Shown here piece by piece: positions 27,803-37,475 of a DNA stretch of 50,160 nucleotides. Each line of letters opens with the position of its first letter. The stretch's first letter is position 1. Where the stretch lies: the NCBI GenBank assembly GCA_947623645.1, contig CANQHK010000001.1, positions 1 to 50,160 on the forward strand, given 5' to 3'. The stretch comes from an uncultured Bacilli bacterium. GTDB lineage: Bacteria > Bacillota_I > Bacilli_A > RF39 > UBA660. The notes under the pieces were generated by a model that had not been told where the DNA came from, did not search any database, and saw only the letters and a program-made list of their open reading frames with translations. Both the position numbers and the translations under genes were made by a program.

Positions 27803-28133
27803 CTCAGCATTATTTTTTCTAACATTTTAATCCTCCTTCCATAATTAGTCAGTCATGATTGACTAATTCATAATATAATTCTTCTATCTAATATTTTATC
27901 ACTTATTTGTGACAAAATATAGTTTTTTTGGAAATAGTTTAGAAATAAAAGTCAAATTATATTTAAAAATTTTTCAATTATCCGGTTAAGTGATGTTCTC
28001 AAATAAACTTTATTATAATAACAAAGTAAAACTATTTTTATCATTACTATTTCCTACAAAAGAAAAAGTCCATAATATCAAGTATTACGAACTTTTACTC
28101 TTAAACACACAAGGTCGTGTGTAAAATTCACTA

Positions 28134-28210
28134 TGGGGCGGGATAAGGGAATCGAACCCTTGCATACTGGAGCCACAATCCAGCGTGTTAACCACTTCAC
28201 CAATACCGCC
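28134..28210 (-). tRNA. tRNA-His (GUG)
   Basis: Hand-folded cloverleaf. Anticodon loop UUGUGGC, T-loop GGGTTCGATTCCC, encoded G-1 pairing with C73, encoded CCA. There is one U-C mismatch at 5:68. Confidence 0.85.
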
Positions 28211-28277
28211 ATTTAAAAAACACAATGTTATTTTACCAATAAAATTGTGTTTTGACAATACCTTTTTTTATTTTTTT

Positions 28278-29378
28278 CTATTTTATGACATAAGGGTTTT
28301 CTAAACTACCATCACCTTTTACGTAAACTGTGTTTTCCGTAAGTCTTAAAACTTCCCTTATTGATCCCATAGATGATCCTCTTGTTAAGATAGCACTTGA
28401 ACTAGGTCCAACTGCATAAACTCGATAGCTAGTATTACTATCTGCAGTTAAAGTCCACCATTGATAGTCTATTACTAAATAATTATAATTTTCACAAGTT
28501 CCATGAGTTGCTGTTGTACAATTTGCGTCTAAGCTTGCATATGTATAATAACTAACTGGCAATAATCCAATAATTTGATTGTCTAGTTTTTCACTACATT
28601 CCATTCCACGGGTTACAAGTGCATCTTCAGAAACTTTTCCTACACAAAGAGAAAATGGTTCCAACATGCTTCTTTGATTGTCATTAAACGCATCCGAATT
28701 GACATAAGTAAGTAATGTATCTCGAACACGGCTTACAGAATAGTCATTAATTCCTTCATTTTGATTTCGATCTTCATTATACCGATCATCCCATACAACC
28801 CGATCTTCTCTTGTTGTTCCAATAATATCGACTGTTCCATCCTCGTTTATTTGTACAATTCTATAAGTTCTACCAGCAAAAGTAATATAATTTTTAGGAT
28901 TTTCTCCTCGGTATGCTTTTTTTCCATTTACTTCATATAGACCAGGTCCAACAATTACAGGATTTTCATGATTATTAATATAATCTGAAAGTTTTGTCGT
29001 TTTATATTTTTCTCCACAATCTAGAAATGCTTGATAGAAATATCCTTGATTAACATTTTTTACCGTTACTTTTCCTGTACAAGTAGCATCTTTAGGGGCA
29101 ATTTTTTCTAATTCTTTCATATATCCATCTTCTGCTAAACTACTACTATCAATTTCTATTTTAGCACCAATTTCTTTTGGAAGACGATCGTTATTTTTCT
29201 TGTAGTATTCTTTTGCAGCTGAAATCATTTTATCTTCTAAGTCTGCATAATTAGAAACTCTTCTTCCCATCATTGCCATGACAATAACAATAATTACTAT
29301 AACTACAATTAAACCAGCAATGACAAGTGCTAACATTTTAAATAATTTATTTTGCAATAATTCTTTTATTTTCTCCAT
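28278..29378 (-). CDS. hypothetical membrane-anchored extracellular protein
   Basis: About 366 aa with an N-terminal TM helix and several Cys pairs in the ectodomain. No family recognised. The track ORF starts at 29399; the ATG at 29378 has a GGGAG RBS. Confidence 0.5.
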   Translation of the reverse strand: MEKIKELLQNKLFKMLALVIAGLIVVIVIIVIVMAMMGRRVSNYADLEDKMISAAKEYYKKNNDRLPKEIGAKIEIDSSSLAEDGYMKELEKIAPKDATCTGKVTVKNVNQGYFYQAFLDCGEKYKTTKLSDYINNHENPVIVGPGLYEVNGKKAYRGENPKNYITFAGRTYRIVQINEDGTVDIIGTTREDRVVWDDRYNEDRNQNEGINDYSVSRVRDTLLTYVNSDAFNDNQRSMLEPFSLCVGKVSEDALVTRGMECSEKLDNQIIGLLPVSYYTYASLDANCTTATHGTCENYNYLVIDYQWWTLTADSNTSYRVYAVGPSSSAILTRGSSMGSIREVLRLTENTVYVKGDGSLENPYVIK

Positions 29379-29437
29379 AATTCTTCGCTCCCTAACCATG
29401 ATTATAACAAAAAAATAGGAAAAATCAAAGACTTTTC

Positions 29438-30487
29438 CTAAAATAACCGAAAAATATCATTAAATGTAATATAAAGCATTAAAATCATTAATAAAACAAA
29501 TCCAATTGAATGAATAATATTTTCCGTTTTAGCATCGACTGGGCTTCCTTTAATTTTTTCAATCAATAAGAATAAAATTCTTCCTCCATCAAATGCTGGA
29601 AGTGGAAGTAAATTAATAACTCCAACGTTAATACTTAAAAGTGCAACTAAATATAAGACATTCTCAAATCCTGCTGTCCTTTGTTCTCCTACAATAGAAT
29701 AAATACCAACAGGTCCGGATAATTGATCAACGCCAATTCCTCCAGTGAAGAGTCCACGGAGTGTAATAAACATCTGTTTAAATAATGCTCCTGTTTTTTG
29801 GAACATATATTGTAGAGAGGCTAAAAATCCATGATGAACTTCTTCACTTCCCATAGTTACTCCAATGTAATAGCTTTCTACTCCATCTTTTTTTTCTTTT
29901 ACTGCTTTTACTTCATAACTTATTTTCTTTTTATCTCTTAAAACTTCTATTTTGATTGGTTTTGATTTATCGATTAACTGCATATAAATAGCTAAATCAT
30001 CGCTACTGGAAATTTTATGCCCATTTAATTTGGTAACGATGTCTCCACTTTTTAGACCCGCTTCATAAGCAGGATAATTTGGGTCAACTGCAGTTAAAGT
30101 TGCATGCATATCTGGAGCACCCCAAACAAGAGCAATAGCAAATAAAATTAAAGCTGCAAAAATAAAGTTATTTCCTGCTCCAAAGAACATGACTAAGAAT
30201 CTTTGCCAAGGTTTTTTTGCATAGAGTTTCTTTTCTCTTGGAACACCATCATTTTCATCGACTTCTTCTCCTGCTAAAGAAACAAAACCACCAATCGGAA
30301 TTGCTCTTATACAGTATTCTGTTTCATCCTTTTTATTTTTTCTTTTTTTACCAAAAATTTTAGGACCCATTCCAATCGAAAATTCATGAACATAAATACC
30401 AAACATTTTCGCAAAGACAAAGTGTCCAAATTCGTGAACCAAAACAATTACCCCTAATATTAATATAAAATAAATTAATGTTACCAT
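29438..30487 (-). CDS. rseP: RIP metalloprotease RseP/RasP (site-2 protease)
   Basis: HEFGHF zinc motif, a central PDZ domain, NLLPLPAFDGG. Confidence 0.9.
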   Translation of the reverse strand: MVTLIYFILILGVIVLVHEFGHFVFAKMFGIYVHEFSIGMGPKIFGKKRKNKKDETEYCIRAIPIGGFVSLAGEEVDENDGVPREKKLYAKKPWQRFLVMFFGAGNNFIFAALILFAIALVWGAPDMHATLTAVDPNYPAYEAGLKSGDIVTKLNGHKISSSDDLAIYMQLIDKSKPIKIEVLRDKKKISYEVKAVKEKKDGVESYYIGVTMGSEEVHHGFLASLQYMFQKTGALFKQMFITLRGLFTGGIGVDQLSGPVGIYSIVGEQRTAGFENVLYLVALLSINVGVINLLPLPAFDGGRILFLLIEKIKGSPVDAKTENIIHSIGFVLLMILMLYITFNDIFRLF

Positions 30488-30498
30488 AAAATATCCTC

Positions 30499-31299
30499 CT
30501 AAATAATTGTAATAAATAAAGTATACATTAATACTACAAAAATAATACTATCGAGTCGGTCCAAAACACCTCCATGTCCAGGAATTAAATTTGAGAAATC
30601 TTTTACTTGATAATATCTTTTCATTTGAGAAAATACCAAATCTCCAAGTTGACCTACTAAAGATAAGGAAACTGTAACAATCAATAATGGAACAAGATCA
30701 ATTTGAGCATTAATGACCGTTGCATAAAATACGGTTGCAACAAAAGTTCCCATAATGGTTCCACCAATTAAACCTTCTACCGTTTTATTGGGAGATATCG
30801 TCGGACAAAGTTTATGTTTTCCAATATTTTTTCCTGTTACAAGAGCAAATGTATCGGTTATAATGGTAATCAAAAATAAATAAATTAATATATTTCTTGA
30901 ATAATTTCGAATGAGAACGAGTAAATTAAAAGAAAATCCAATTAATAAACTTGCTCCTAATAAATAGAGTCCATCTTGAAAAGAGTAACGTTTATTATCT
31001 CCAATTACAACGGATGGTATTAAAAAGGCAAAAATTAGTATACATAAAAGTCGATAATCAATGGAGAAAATAATTTCATTGGAAGTATAATTACAAAAAA
31101 CAATATAAAGAGTTGCAAGATAAGCTAATACTCTTGTTAAAAATGGAATTTCTTTTTCTTTTTGCTTAAGATTCATCATTTCGTAAAGTCCAAGGCATGC
31201 TACAATTCCCATAAAAAGAGCAAAAGGCTCTTTACCAATAAATAAAAGAGGAATAAAAATTAACAGCAATACGATGGCACTAATCACTCTTTGTTTCAC
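30499..31299 (-). CDS. cdsA: phosphatidate cytidylyltransferase
   Basis: FSQMKRYYQVKDFSNLIPGHGGVLDRLDS. The GTG at 31299 follows GGAGG by 8 nt and lies just after the uppS stop. The track ORF extends to 31344. Confidence 0.9.
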   Translation of the reverse strand: MKQRVISAIVLLLIFIPLLFIGKEPFALFMGIVACLGLYEMMNLKQKEKEIPFLTRVLAYLATLYIVFCNYTSNEIIFSIDYRLLCILIFAFLIPSVVIGDNKRYSFQDGLYLLGASLLIGFSFNLLVLIRNYSRNILIYLFLITIITDTFALVTGKNIGKHKLCPTISPNKTVEGLIGGTIMGTFVATVFYATVINAQIDLVPLLIVTVSLSLVGQLGDLVFSQMKRYYQVKDFSNLIPGHGGVLDRLDSIIFVVLMYTLFITII

Positions 31300-31303
31300 T
31301 TTT

Positions 31304-32005
31304 TTAACCTCCAAACTTTCTGGTTCTTCTTTGATATTCTTCAATTGCTAAATCAAACTCATGAGCATTAAAATCTGGAAAATAAGTTTTTGGGAAATAA
31401 TATTCTGCATAAGCACTTTGATAAAGCATAAAATTGCTAATTCTTTGTTCTCCACTCGTTCGAATAACTAAATCCAAATCTGGTAAATCTTGATATAAAT
31501 GCGAACGAACCGTTGTAAGGTCAATATCTTTAGAAGTTATTTTTCCTTCTTCTACTTCTTGAGCAATCTCTTTCGCCATATCTAAAATTTCATATTGTCC
31601 ACCATAGTTTAAACAAACATTAAAAATTGCATGTTTACAATTTTCTGTTTCTTTTGACATCTTATCCATTGCTTTTAAAACATTTGCTGGAAGATTATCC
31701 CTTCTTCCGGAAAAGATTACTCGAACATCTTTCTTCTTTAAGAAAGCAAACTCTTTTTCAAACATTTGAATAAATAAATTCATTAAATAATTCACTTCTT
31801 GAACATCTCTTTTAAAGTTTTCGGTTGAAAAAGCAAAAACAGACAAAATAGGAATTCCTAAATCGTAAATATGATCGCAAAGCTCTTTTAAGTTTTCACT
31901 TCCAGCTTTATGCCCCATACTTCTTTTCATTCCTCTCTCTGTTGCCCATCTTCCATTTCCATCCATGATAATACCAACATGTTTTGGCAAATTATTTTTA
32001 TCCAT
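31304..32005 (-). CDS. uppS: isoprenyl transferase (undecaprenyl diphosphate synthase)
   Basis: HVGIIMDGNGRWA and IRTSGEQRISNF. The start is probably the second Met (MDKNNLPKH). Confidence 0.9.
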   Translation of the reverse strand: MDKNNLPKHVGIIMDGNGRWATERGMKRSMGHKAGSENLKELCDHIYDLGIPILSVFAFSTENFKRDVQEVNYLMNLFIQMFEKEFAFLKKKDVRVIFSGRRDNLPANVLKAMDKMSKETENCKHAIFNVCLNYGGQYEILDMAKEIAQEVEEGKITSKDIDLTTVRSHLYQDLPDLDLVIRTSGEQRISNFMLYQSAYAEYYFPKTYFPDFNAHEFDLAIEEYQRRTRKFGG

Positions 32006-32111
32006 AATTAAACAACCATCCTTCACAAAAAATTATAATACAAAATGAAAGAATAAACAATATTATTACATAATTTTTTCTGGAAATGGAAAACTAAAAG
32101 TGGTGATATTT

Positions 32112-32603
32112 ATGGATTATCTCAATATCTTTTTTGTCTACTCTATTCTGGGTCACCTCTTGGAAACGATTGTAAACCCGAAAACAAACAGTGGCATTTT
32201 ATATGGATATTGGACTCCTATCTATGGAATTGGTGTAGAAATTATTATTCTTTCTTATACATTTTTAAACAATCGTCTTAAATTAAAAGGTCCTCTAAAA
32301 TTTATCTTAACCTTTCTCATTGGTTTTATTTTTTTATCCACCATTGAATTTATTGGAGGAACTTTAATCGAAATCATTTTCCACAGAACTTTCTGGGATT
32401 ACTCGAAAATGAAATTTCATATTGGAAAATATACTTCTTTAGAAATGGCTCTTCTTTGGGGACTCGCAAGTCTTTCGGTAATTTATATTATCCATCCTCT
32501 ATTAAAAAAATTTATTCAAAAGATTCCAAAATTTTTAACTTATATAGCAAGCTTTCTTTTCCTAATTGATATCTTTTTAACCATTTTTATAAAAGCAAAA
32601 TAA
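32112..32603 (+). CDS. CmpB-like (putative ABC-transporter type IV) membrane protein
   Basis: MDYLNIFFVYSILGHLLETIV, GYWTPIYGIG. It is a paralogue of 26016-26672. RBS GGTGAT. Confidence 0.6.
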   Translation: MDYLNIFFVYSILGHLLETIVNPKTNSGILYGYWTPIYGIGVEIIILSYTFLNNRLKLKGPLKFILTFLIGFIFLSTIEFIGGTLIEIIFHRTFWDYSKMKFHIGKYTSLEMALLWGLASLSVIYIIHPLLKKFIQKIPKFLTYIASFLFLIDIFLTIFIKAK

Positions 32604-32624
32604 AAAGACGTAAAAACTACGTCT
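32595..32624 (-). terminator. terminator after the rpsP-KH operon
   Basis: Minus strand: AGACGTA-GTTTT-TACGTCT followed by TTTTATTTTGC. It overlaps the KH gene stop. Confidence 0.5.
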
Positions 32625-32871
32625 AAAAACTATCAATATTAATTCGAACGGTTTTTTTATCTTGTAATGAGCTACTGGCTTGAACTAAAGTCCGAATGGA
32701 ATTTGCAATTTTTCCACCCTTACCAATCACTCTACCCATATCGAGTTCATTAACCATCACTTGAATCAAAATTGTGTTTTCTTCATCGGTTTCAAATTCT
32801 TTGACAGAAACATCTTCTTTTTCTTGAACCAATGATTTTACAATAAATTCGGTTAACTCAACTAAACTCAT
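32623..32871 (-). CDS. KH-domain RNA-binding protein (YlqC family)
   Basis: 82 aa with GRVIGKGGKIANSIR (GxxG KH motif), immediately downstream of rpsP. Confidence 0.85.
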   Translation of the reverse strand: MSLVELTEFIVKSLVQEKEDVSVKEFETDEENTILIQVMVNELDMGRVIGKGGKIANSIRTLVQASSSLQDKKTVRINIDSF

Positions 32872-32873
32872 AA

Positions 32874-33140
32874 TTACTTCCCTTGCTTTTCTTCTGCAAA
32901 TTTTTTCATAATTCCTGCTTTAGAAAATAAATTGCGAACGGTATCTGTTGGAATTGCCCCTGTTCTTAACCATTTCATAGCAAGTTCCTCATTAATTTCC
33001 GTTTCATTTAAAATTGGATTATATCTTCCGATTAATTCAAGATATTCTCCATCTCTTTTTACACGAGAGTCACTTGCAACAATTCTATAAGCTGGTCTTT
33101 TCTTTGCTCCCATTCTTGTAAGACGAATCTTTACTGCCAT
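32874..33140 (-). CDS. rpsP: 30S ribosomal protein S16
   Basis: [24 protein letters not shown] at 33140 follows GGAGGG. Confidence 0.95.
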   Translation of the reverse strand: MAVKIRLTRMGAKKRPAYRIVASDSRVKRDGEYLELIGRYNPILNETEINEELAMKWLRTGAIPTDTVRNLFSKAGIMKKFAEEKQGK

Positions 33141-33175
33141 AATTTTTCCCTCCATTTCATCAAATTTCTGTTCCT

Positions 33176-33204
33176 ATTATAGCGCGTCTTTTTGCTTCTG
33201 TCAA
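33176..33204 (-). promoter_or_regulatory. consensus sigma-A promoter of rpsP
   Basis: Minus strand: TTGACA (33204-33199), 17 nt, TATAAT (33181-33176). Confidence 0.6.
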
Positions 33205-33222
33205 CATTTTTTTGTTAACAAT

Positions 33223-33762
33223 TTATTTTTCTTCTAAATAATCTTCTTTTACTTCTTCATCAATTTGTTTTAAAGCATCCTCTGGTAACTCATCCTCATC
33301 TAAATTATCCCAAGGTTCCTCTTCTTCATCATATTGAATCTTTACTTTTGTATCTCCAACAATTTCTACTCCAAGTTCATTCTCAACGGTATAGATAATC
33401 TTTCCATCTTCAATAGTAGCAGATGTACAAGTTGGTTGCGTCAAACTTCGAACAATAATTTCTTCACTTGATGAATCAGAACTTTCGCGAGTTTTTACGT
33501 GAACTGTTTGCTCGTAAGTTTTTGTTTCTTTAATAACTTCTGTTGATGTATCATCTTGACAGGAATACCAAATGTTGACATCATATTTTCCTTGAATGGA
33601 AATTGCATCCCCTACCTTACTTCCAGAAAAGGAATGATTGATTACCCAACATCCTAAAACTGTTGTGGGATTACATGTAGGAACAACAGAATAAGAATCT
33701 ACGAAGGTTTTCTTCCCTTTACCAAGGACTGCTTTTGTTACAATTTCTTTATAGTTTGCCAA
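33223..33762 (-). CDS. cotE: outer spore coat morphogenetic protein CotE
   Basis: YKEIVTKAVLGKGKK, LGCWVINH, YDVNIWYS and an acidic C-terminal tail, collinear with B. subtilis CotE. TTG start after GAGGAGGG. Confidence 0.8.
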   Translation of the reverse strand: MANYKEIVTKAVLGKGKKTFVDSYSVVPTCNPTTVLGCWVINHSFSGSKVGDAISIQGKYDVNIWYSCQDDTSTEVIKETKTYEQTVHVKTRESSDSSSEEIIVRSLTQPTCTSATIEDGKIIYTVENELGVEIVGDTKVKIQYDEEEEPWDNLDEDELPEDALKQIDEEVKEDYLEEK

Positions 33763-33972
33763 ACTAATCCCTCCTCAATTTAATGTATGCAAAAACCTCC
33801 CTTTTGTTGCTAACAACTAAAAAAGAGGAGAAGAAAACTTCACCATCTTAAACTTTTTTATAACAAAATCCTCATAACATTTTCTATTTTGATTCAAAAA
33901 CTCTAAATATTTCATCCCATTCTCCTTTTGAACCAAATTCCTATAAAATTCTTTAAGAATTGAAAAATCATC

Positions 33973-34049
33973 TGGTGTCCACGGCGAGAGTCGAACTCGC
34001 GACCTTTGCCTTCGGAGGGCAACACTCTATCCAACTGAGCTACGTGAAC
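33973..34049 (-). tRNA. tRNA-Arg (CCG)
   Basis: Hand-folded cloverleaf. GTAGCTCAGTTGGATAGAG D-arm, anticodon loop CUCCGAA, T-loop GAGTTCGACTCTC, encoded CCA. Confidence 0.85.
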
Positions 34050-34071
34050 ATTTGAAAACTACCGAAGTAGT

Positions 34072-34590
34072 TTAATAAATTTCTTCTTTTTCTAAATAAT
34101 CTGCACCCTTATGCGGTTCTTCTTTGAGTAAATCTCGAAAGTTTTGTTGACGCAACACTTCATAGACACAAATCGCTGCACAGTTCGATAAATTTAAAGC
34201 TCGAACTTTATCCGTCATCGGAATACGCATACAATGTTCTAAATCTTGTTGCAAAATAGATTTTGGAATACCCGTCGATTCTTTTCCAAAAATTAAATAA
34301 ATTTCTCGAGAAGAATCGGAATAATCAAAACTCGTATGAGGCTTATGTCCATATCTTGTAAAATAATAAAAATCCCCATGATTCTTACTCTTAAAATCAT
34401 TCCAATTCTTGTAAACATCATACTTCAATTTATCAATATAATTGACTCCGCTTCTTTTTAGATAGGCATCATCCAAAGAAAATCCAAGAGGTTCTATCAA
34501 ATGAAGATGGGCATCTGTTGCAACACAGGTTCGCATAATATTTCCTGTATTTCCAGGAATTTCTGGTTCGAATAAAACGATATGAATCAT
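34072..34590 (-). CDS. trmL: tRNA (cytidine/uridine-2'-O-)-methyltransferase TrmL (SpoU family)
   Basis: MIHIVLFEPEIPGNTGNIMRTC and LNLSNCAAICVYE. Confidence 0.85.
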   Translation of the reverse strand: MIHIVLFEPEIPGNTGNIMRTCVATDAHLHLIEPLGFSLDDAYLKRSGVNYIDKLKYDVYKNWNDFKSKNHGDFYYFTRYGHKPHTSFDYSDSSREIYLIFGKESTGIPKSILQQDLEHCMRIPMTDKVRALNLSNCAAICVYEVLRQQNFRDLLKEEPHKGADYLEKEEIY

Positions 34591-35099
34591 GAAAGAATCT
34601 CGATCTCCTTTAAGAAGTCTTCAATTTTTTGAACATTCATCCTCTTTCCAGTTAAAACTTCCTTCAATGCTGCATCTTGGAAATACATGAAAGTTGGGTA
34701 ATCTCCAATTTTTGTCGAATGGTCATAGGTAGAATTCAATTCTTTATAAAATTCAGAAATATTGTCAACTTCTTTAACATCTAGGTAAATGATTGTATCT
34801 TCTAAAGAATTTTTAGTAATAAATGTCTTCATCTCTTTTTCAAGGTTTCTACAAACATCTTCATCACTTGCACACATATAAACAACTGCAGTATCTGCAT
34901 CATTAATATAATTAAAAAGTTCATTTGGATTAATTTGATGCGTAATTACTCCAGAAAGTACAGGGATTTGTCTTTCTAGCTCTTGATTCTTTAAATACCA
35001 TCTTCTTAAAAGTAATACTAAAATAATAACTGCAATACAAATTAATAATAATTTTATAACATTTCCTTTTTCTATCTTTTCTTGTGCTTTCTTTGACAT
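34587..35099 (-). CDS. hypothetical membrane-anchored protein (possibly thioredoxin-fold without CxxC)
   Basis: 170 aa with an N-terminal TM helix. Its stop overlaps the trmL start. Confidence 0.45.
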   Translation of the reverse strand: MSKKAQEKIEKGNVIKLLLICIAVIILVLLLRRWYLKNQELERQIPVLSGVITHQINPNELFNYINDADTAVVYMCASDEDVCRNLEKEMKTFITKNSLEDTIIYLDVKEVDNISEFYKELNSTYDHSTKIGDYPTFMYFQDAALKEVLTGKRMNVQKIEDFLKEIEILS

Positions 35100-35130
35100 A
35101 TATATTCACCCTTTTCCTTATATAACCATT

Positions 35131-37365
35131 TTAACATATTTTTTCTGTTTTGGTAATCCATTGTTGATACTTTTCTAAAATATTTTTAACTTCTTTTGCA
35201 TTTTCTTCAAAAAATTCAAGTCGAATATAGGAAATACCGCTTTTTATTAAAGCATCTTTCTCTTTTTCTTGAAACCATTCCTTTTGATAACTAAAGATAT
35301 GGGTGAGATTCTGTTCAAACAAAAGAGGGTAACGTTTTTTATTTCGATCCACTAAAAAGTAAGAGTTTGAGTCAGTAGAATTGTTTTCTCTTTTTATGAG
35401 AGAAAGAGGGCAATATTTCATAATCATTAGTTCCACCCTACCATAGACTAGGACTTCTAATTCTAAAGAAGTTTCTTTAGAGGCAATATTTTTAATTTGA
35501 GGAAGCGTTAATTCTTTGGAAAGAGTAACGCAGTGAACCTTTTTTTCTTTTAAGTATTGTAAAAATGAAGAATTGGTAACATTGAGATAATAATCTGTAG
35601 CAAGGGGACTTTTTTCTAGTTGCCAAAGTTCGGTTGCAACATGAGAAGAGGTTGATTTGTTATCGGGATGAATTCTTTCCATTCGATAAAAGATTCCGGG
35701 ATAATTCTTATATTTTTGATATAATTTAAAATCCGTAACATAAATTCGTTTAACAGAAAATTCCAAGGCACTTTTTAGTTGCTCTTCACTACGAACTAAA
35801 CAACAAATTTGGACATCTTTTTCATTGCTTTTCGAAATTTTTGGAACATACTTTTTCATTTCTTGAACATCTTTTCTAAACAAACGCGCTTCCGTTAATT
35901 TCTCAATAGCTTTCATTCTTAAGTGATTGATTTCTTTTTTTGGAATAAATAGATGTTCATCCATCAAAATCTTACAAGAAGATATTTGATAAGGAGTTTC
36001 TCCTAAACGATTTAATTGATTGTAAACTTCTTCTTTTGTCGTACTTAATTTTAAAGCAACTTCACTCTTTCCAGAAGATACTTGAATCAAATTTTTTCCA
36101 TCCCAAATTTCTAATTTTAACTCTTTATTCTCTCGAGCTATAAATTTCATTTCGATGGGAACTTTTCTAGGAGAAGCAGAAAGGAAGTCTTCATAGAGTT
36201 TCGAATCACTTGTTTTAACAACATCGGAACTTTTTAATAAATGAACATGATTTCGAACATAGACAGTATCTCCTTTTTTGGCTTCTCGAATAAGCTTTCC
36301 TCGTGAATCATATAAAAAGTTGACCGTCATTCCTTCTTGATTTTCTAAAAAACGAATTCCATCTCCTTGTCTTAAAGGTCTTAAAAGAGAAATTTTAATT
36401 TTCGAAGGAGTAACTGCAAGAACTTTTCCTAGTGTTATTCCGGAATGATTTGGACTTTCAATGTTCATCAAATCTTTTTCTGTCTTATTAAAAAGATGTC
36501 CTTCTGTGAATTTTCGATTATATAAAACTTGTAAAGTTTCTAAATCTTCTTTCGTTATTTCTAACTTTTCTCCCCGTTCGTACTGATCCATAAGCTTTCG
36601 ATAAATTTTGGTTACGAAATATACATAAAGAGGACTCTTCATTCTTCCTTCAATTTTAAAACAGGTAATATCGCTTTTCATTAGTTCTTCTAGTCTTGAT
36701 ACTGTACATAATTCTCTCGTACTTAATAAATAAGAACCTGGAAAAGGAATTTTAGAAGAAGAATTTTCTAAGGTATAGGGTAAACGACACATTCCACTAC
36801 ATTCTCCTCGATTTCCACTCCGATTCATTACTAAAGAGGAAAAAAGACATTCTCCTGAATAACAAATGCAAAGAGCACCATGAATAAAAGCTTCTTTTTC
36901 TAAAGGCGTTTTTATCGCTTCAATTTCTGAAAGTGTCAATTCTCTTGCTAGTACAACTCGTTTTACGCCTAATTCTTCTAATATTTGACAATTTTCTTGA
37001 CATATGTTATGAAGTTGAGTTGACGCATGAAGTTCAAAATCAGGATATCTCTTGTGAATTTCATAAATTAATCCAATATCTTGAACAATTAAAGCATCTA
37101 CATGTGATTTATAAAGAAAATAAACATATTCCAACACTTCTTCCATCTCTTCTTCGTAGACAACTGTATTTACAGTAACATACAATTTTACACCGTATAG
37201 ATGACAAAATTTTACAGCTTCTACAATTTCTTCGTTTGTAAAGTTGTGAGCAAACTTCCGTGCTCCAAATTTTTTTCCTCCGATATATACAGCATCGCAC
37301 CCTGCATGGATAGCTGCTTTTAAACATTCAAAATCTCCTGCCGGAGAAAGCAGTTCTTTCTTCAT
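35131..37365 (-). CDS. peptidase U32 family protein (fused U32 plus DUF3656-like C-terminus)
   Basis: ELLSPAGDFECLKAAIHAGCDAVYIGG and EAFIHGALCICYSGECLFS. Confidence 0.85.
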   Translation of the reverse strand: MKKELLSPAGDFECLKAAIHAGCDAVYIGGKKFGARKFAHNFTNEEIVEAVKFCHLYGVKLYVTVNTVVYEEEMEEVLEYVYFLYKSHVDALIVQDIGLIYEIHKRYPDFELHASTQLHNICQENCQILEELGVKRVVLARELTLSEIEAIKTPLEKEAFIHGALCICYSGECLFSSLVMNRSGNRGECSGMCRLPYTLENSSSKIPFPGSYLLSTRELCTVSRLEELMKSDITCFKIEGRMKSPLYVYFVTKIYRKLMDQYERGEKLEITKEDLETLQVLYNRKFTEGHLFNKTEKDLMNIESPNHSGITLGKVLAVTPSKIKISLLRPLRQGDGIRFLENQEGMTVNFLYDSRGKLIREAKKGDTVYVRNHVHLLKSSDVVKTSDSKLYEDFLSASPRKVPIEMKFIARENKELKLEIWDGKNLIQVSSGKSEVALKLSTTKEEVYNQLNRLGETPYQISSCKILMDEHLFIPKKEINHLRMKAIEKLTEARLFRKDVQEMKKYVPKISKSNEKDVQICCLVRSEEQLKSALEFSVKRIYVTDFKLYQKYKNYPGIFYRMERIHPDNKSTSSHVATELWQLEKSPLATDYYLNVTNSSFLQYLKEKKVHCVTLSKELTLPQIKNIASKETSLELEVLVYGRVELMIMKYCPLSLIKRENNSTDSNSYFLVDRNKKRYPLLFEQNLTHIFSYQKEWFQEKEKDALIKSGISYIRLEFFEENAKEVKNILEKYQQWITKTEKIC

Positions 37366-37475
37366 AATCATCCCGCCTTTAACTACAAGAGATTATACCA
37401 ATTTTCTAAATTCTTGTAAATGGGTGTATAAAATTCTTTTCAAACTCCCAATATTTTTAGTGAAAGGAGGATATT

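Noticed and set aside
26673-28134. Search for a direct repeat of the tRNA-His 3' end that would delimit an integrated element
   Set aside because: Only a 7-nt resemblance (TGAACCC near 26745) was found, and no integrase is present. This is insufficient to call a mobile element.
33817-33915. 32-codon minus-strand ORF (MKYLEFLNQNRKCYEDFVIKKFKMVKFSSPLF) with an AAGGAG RBS between tRNA-Arg and cotE
   Set aside because: It is too short to support without conservation or expression data, and it lies where the cotE promoters are expected. Noted only as a candidate for ribosome profiling.
37420-37460. Possible forespore sigma-F/G-type promoter upstream of sigG (GTATA-18-CAATATT)
   Set aside because: The match to the -10 consensus (CATxxTA) is poor, and I cannot score it without a matrix.
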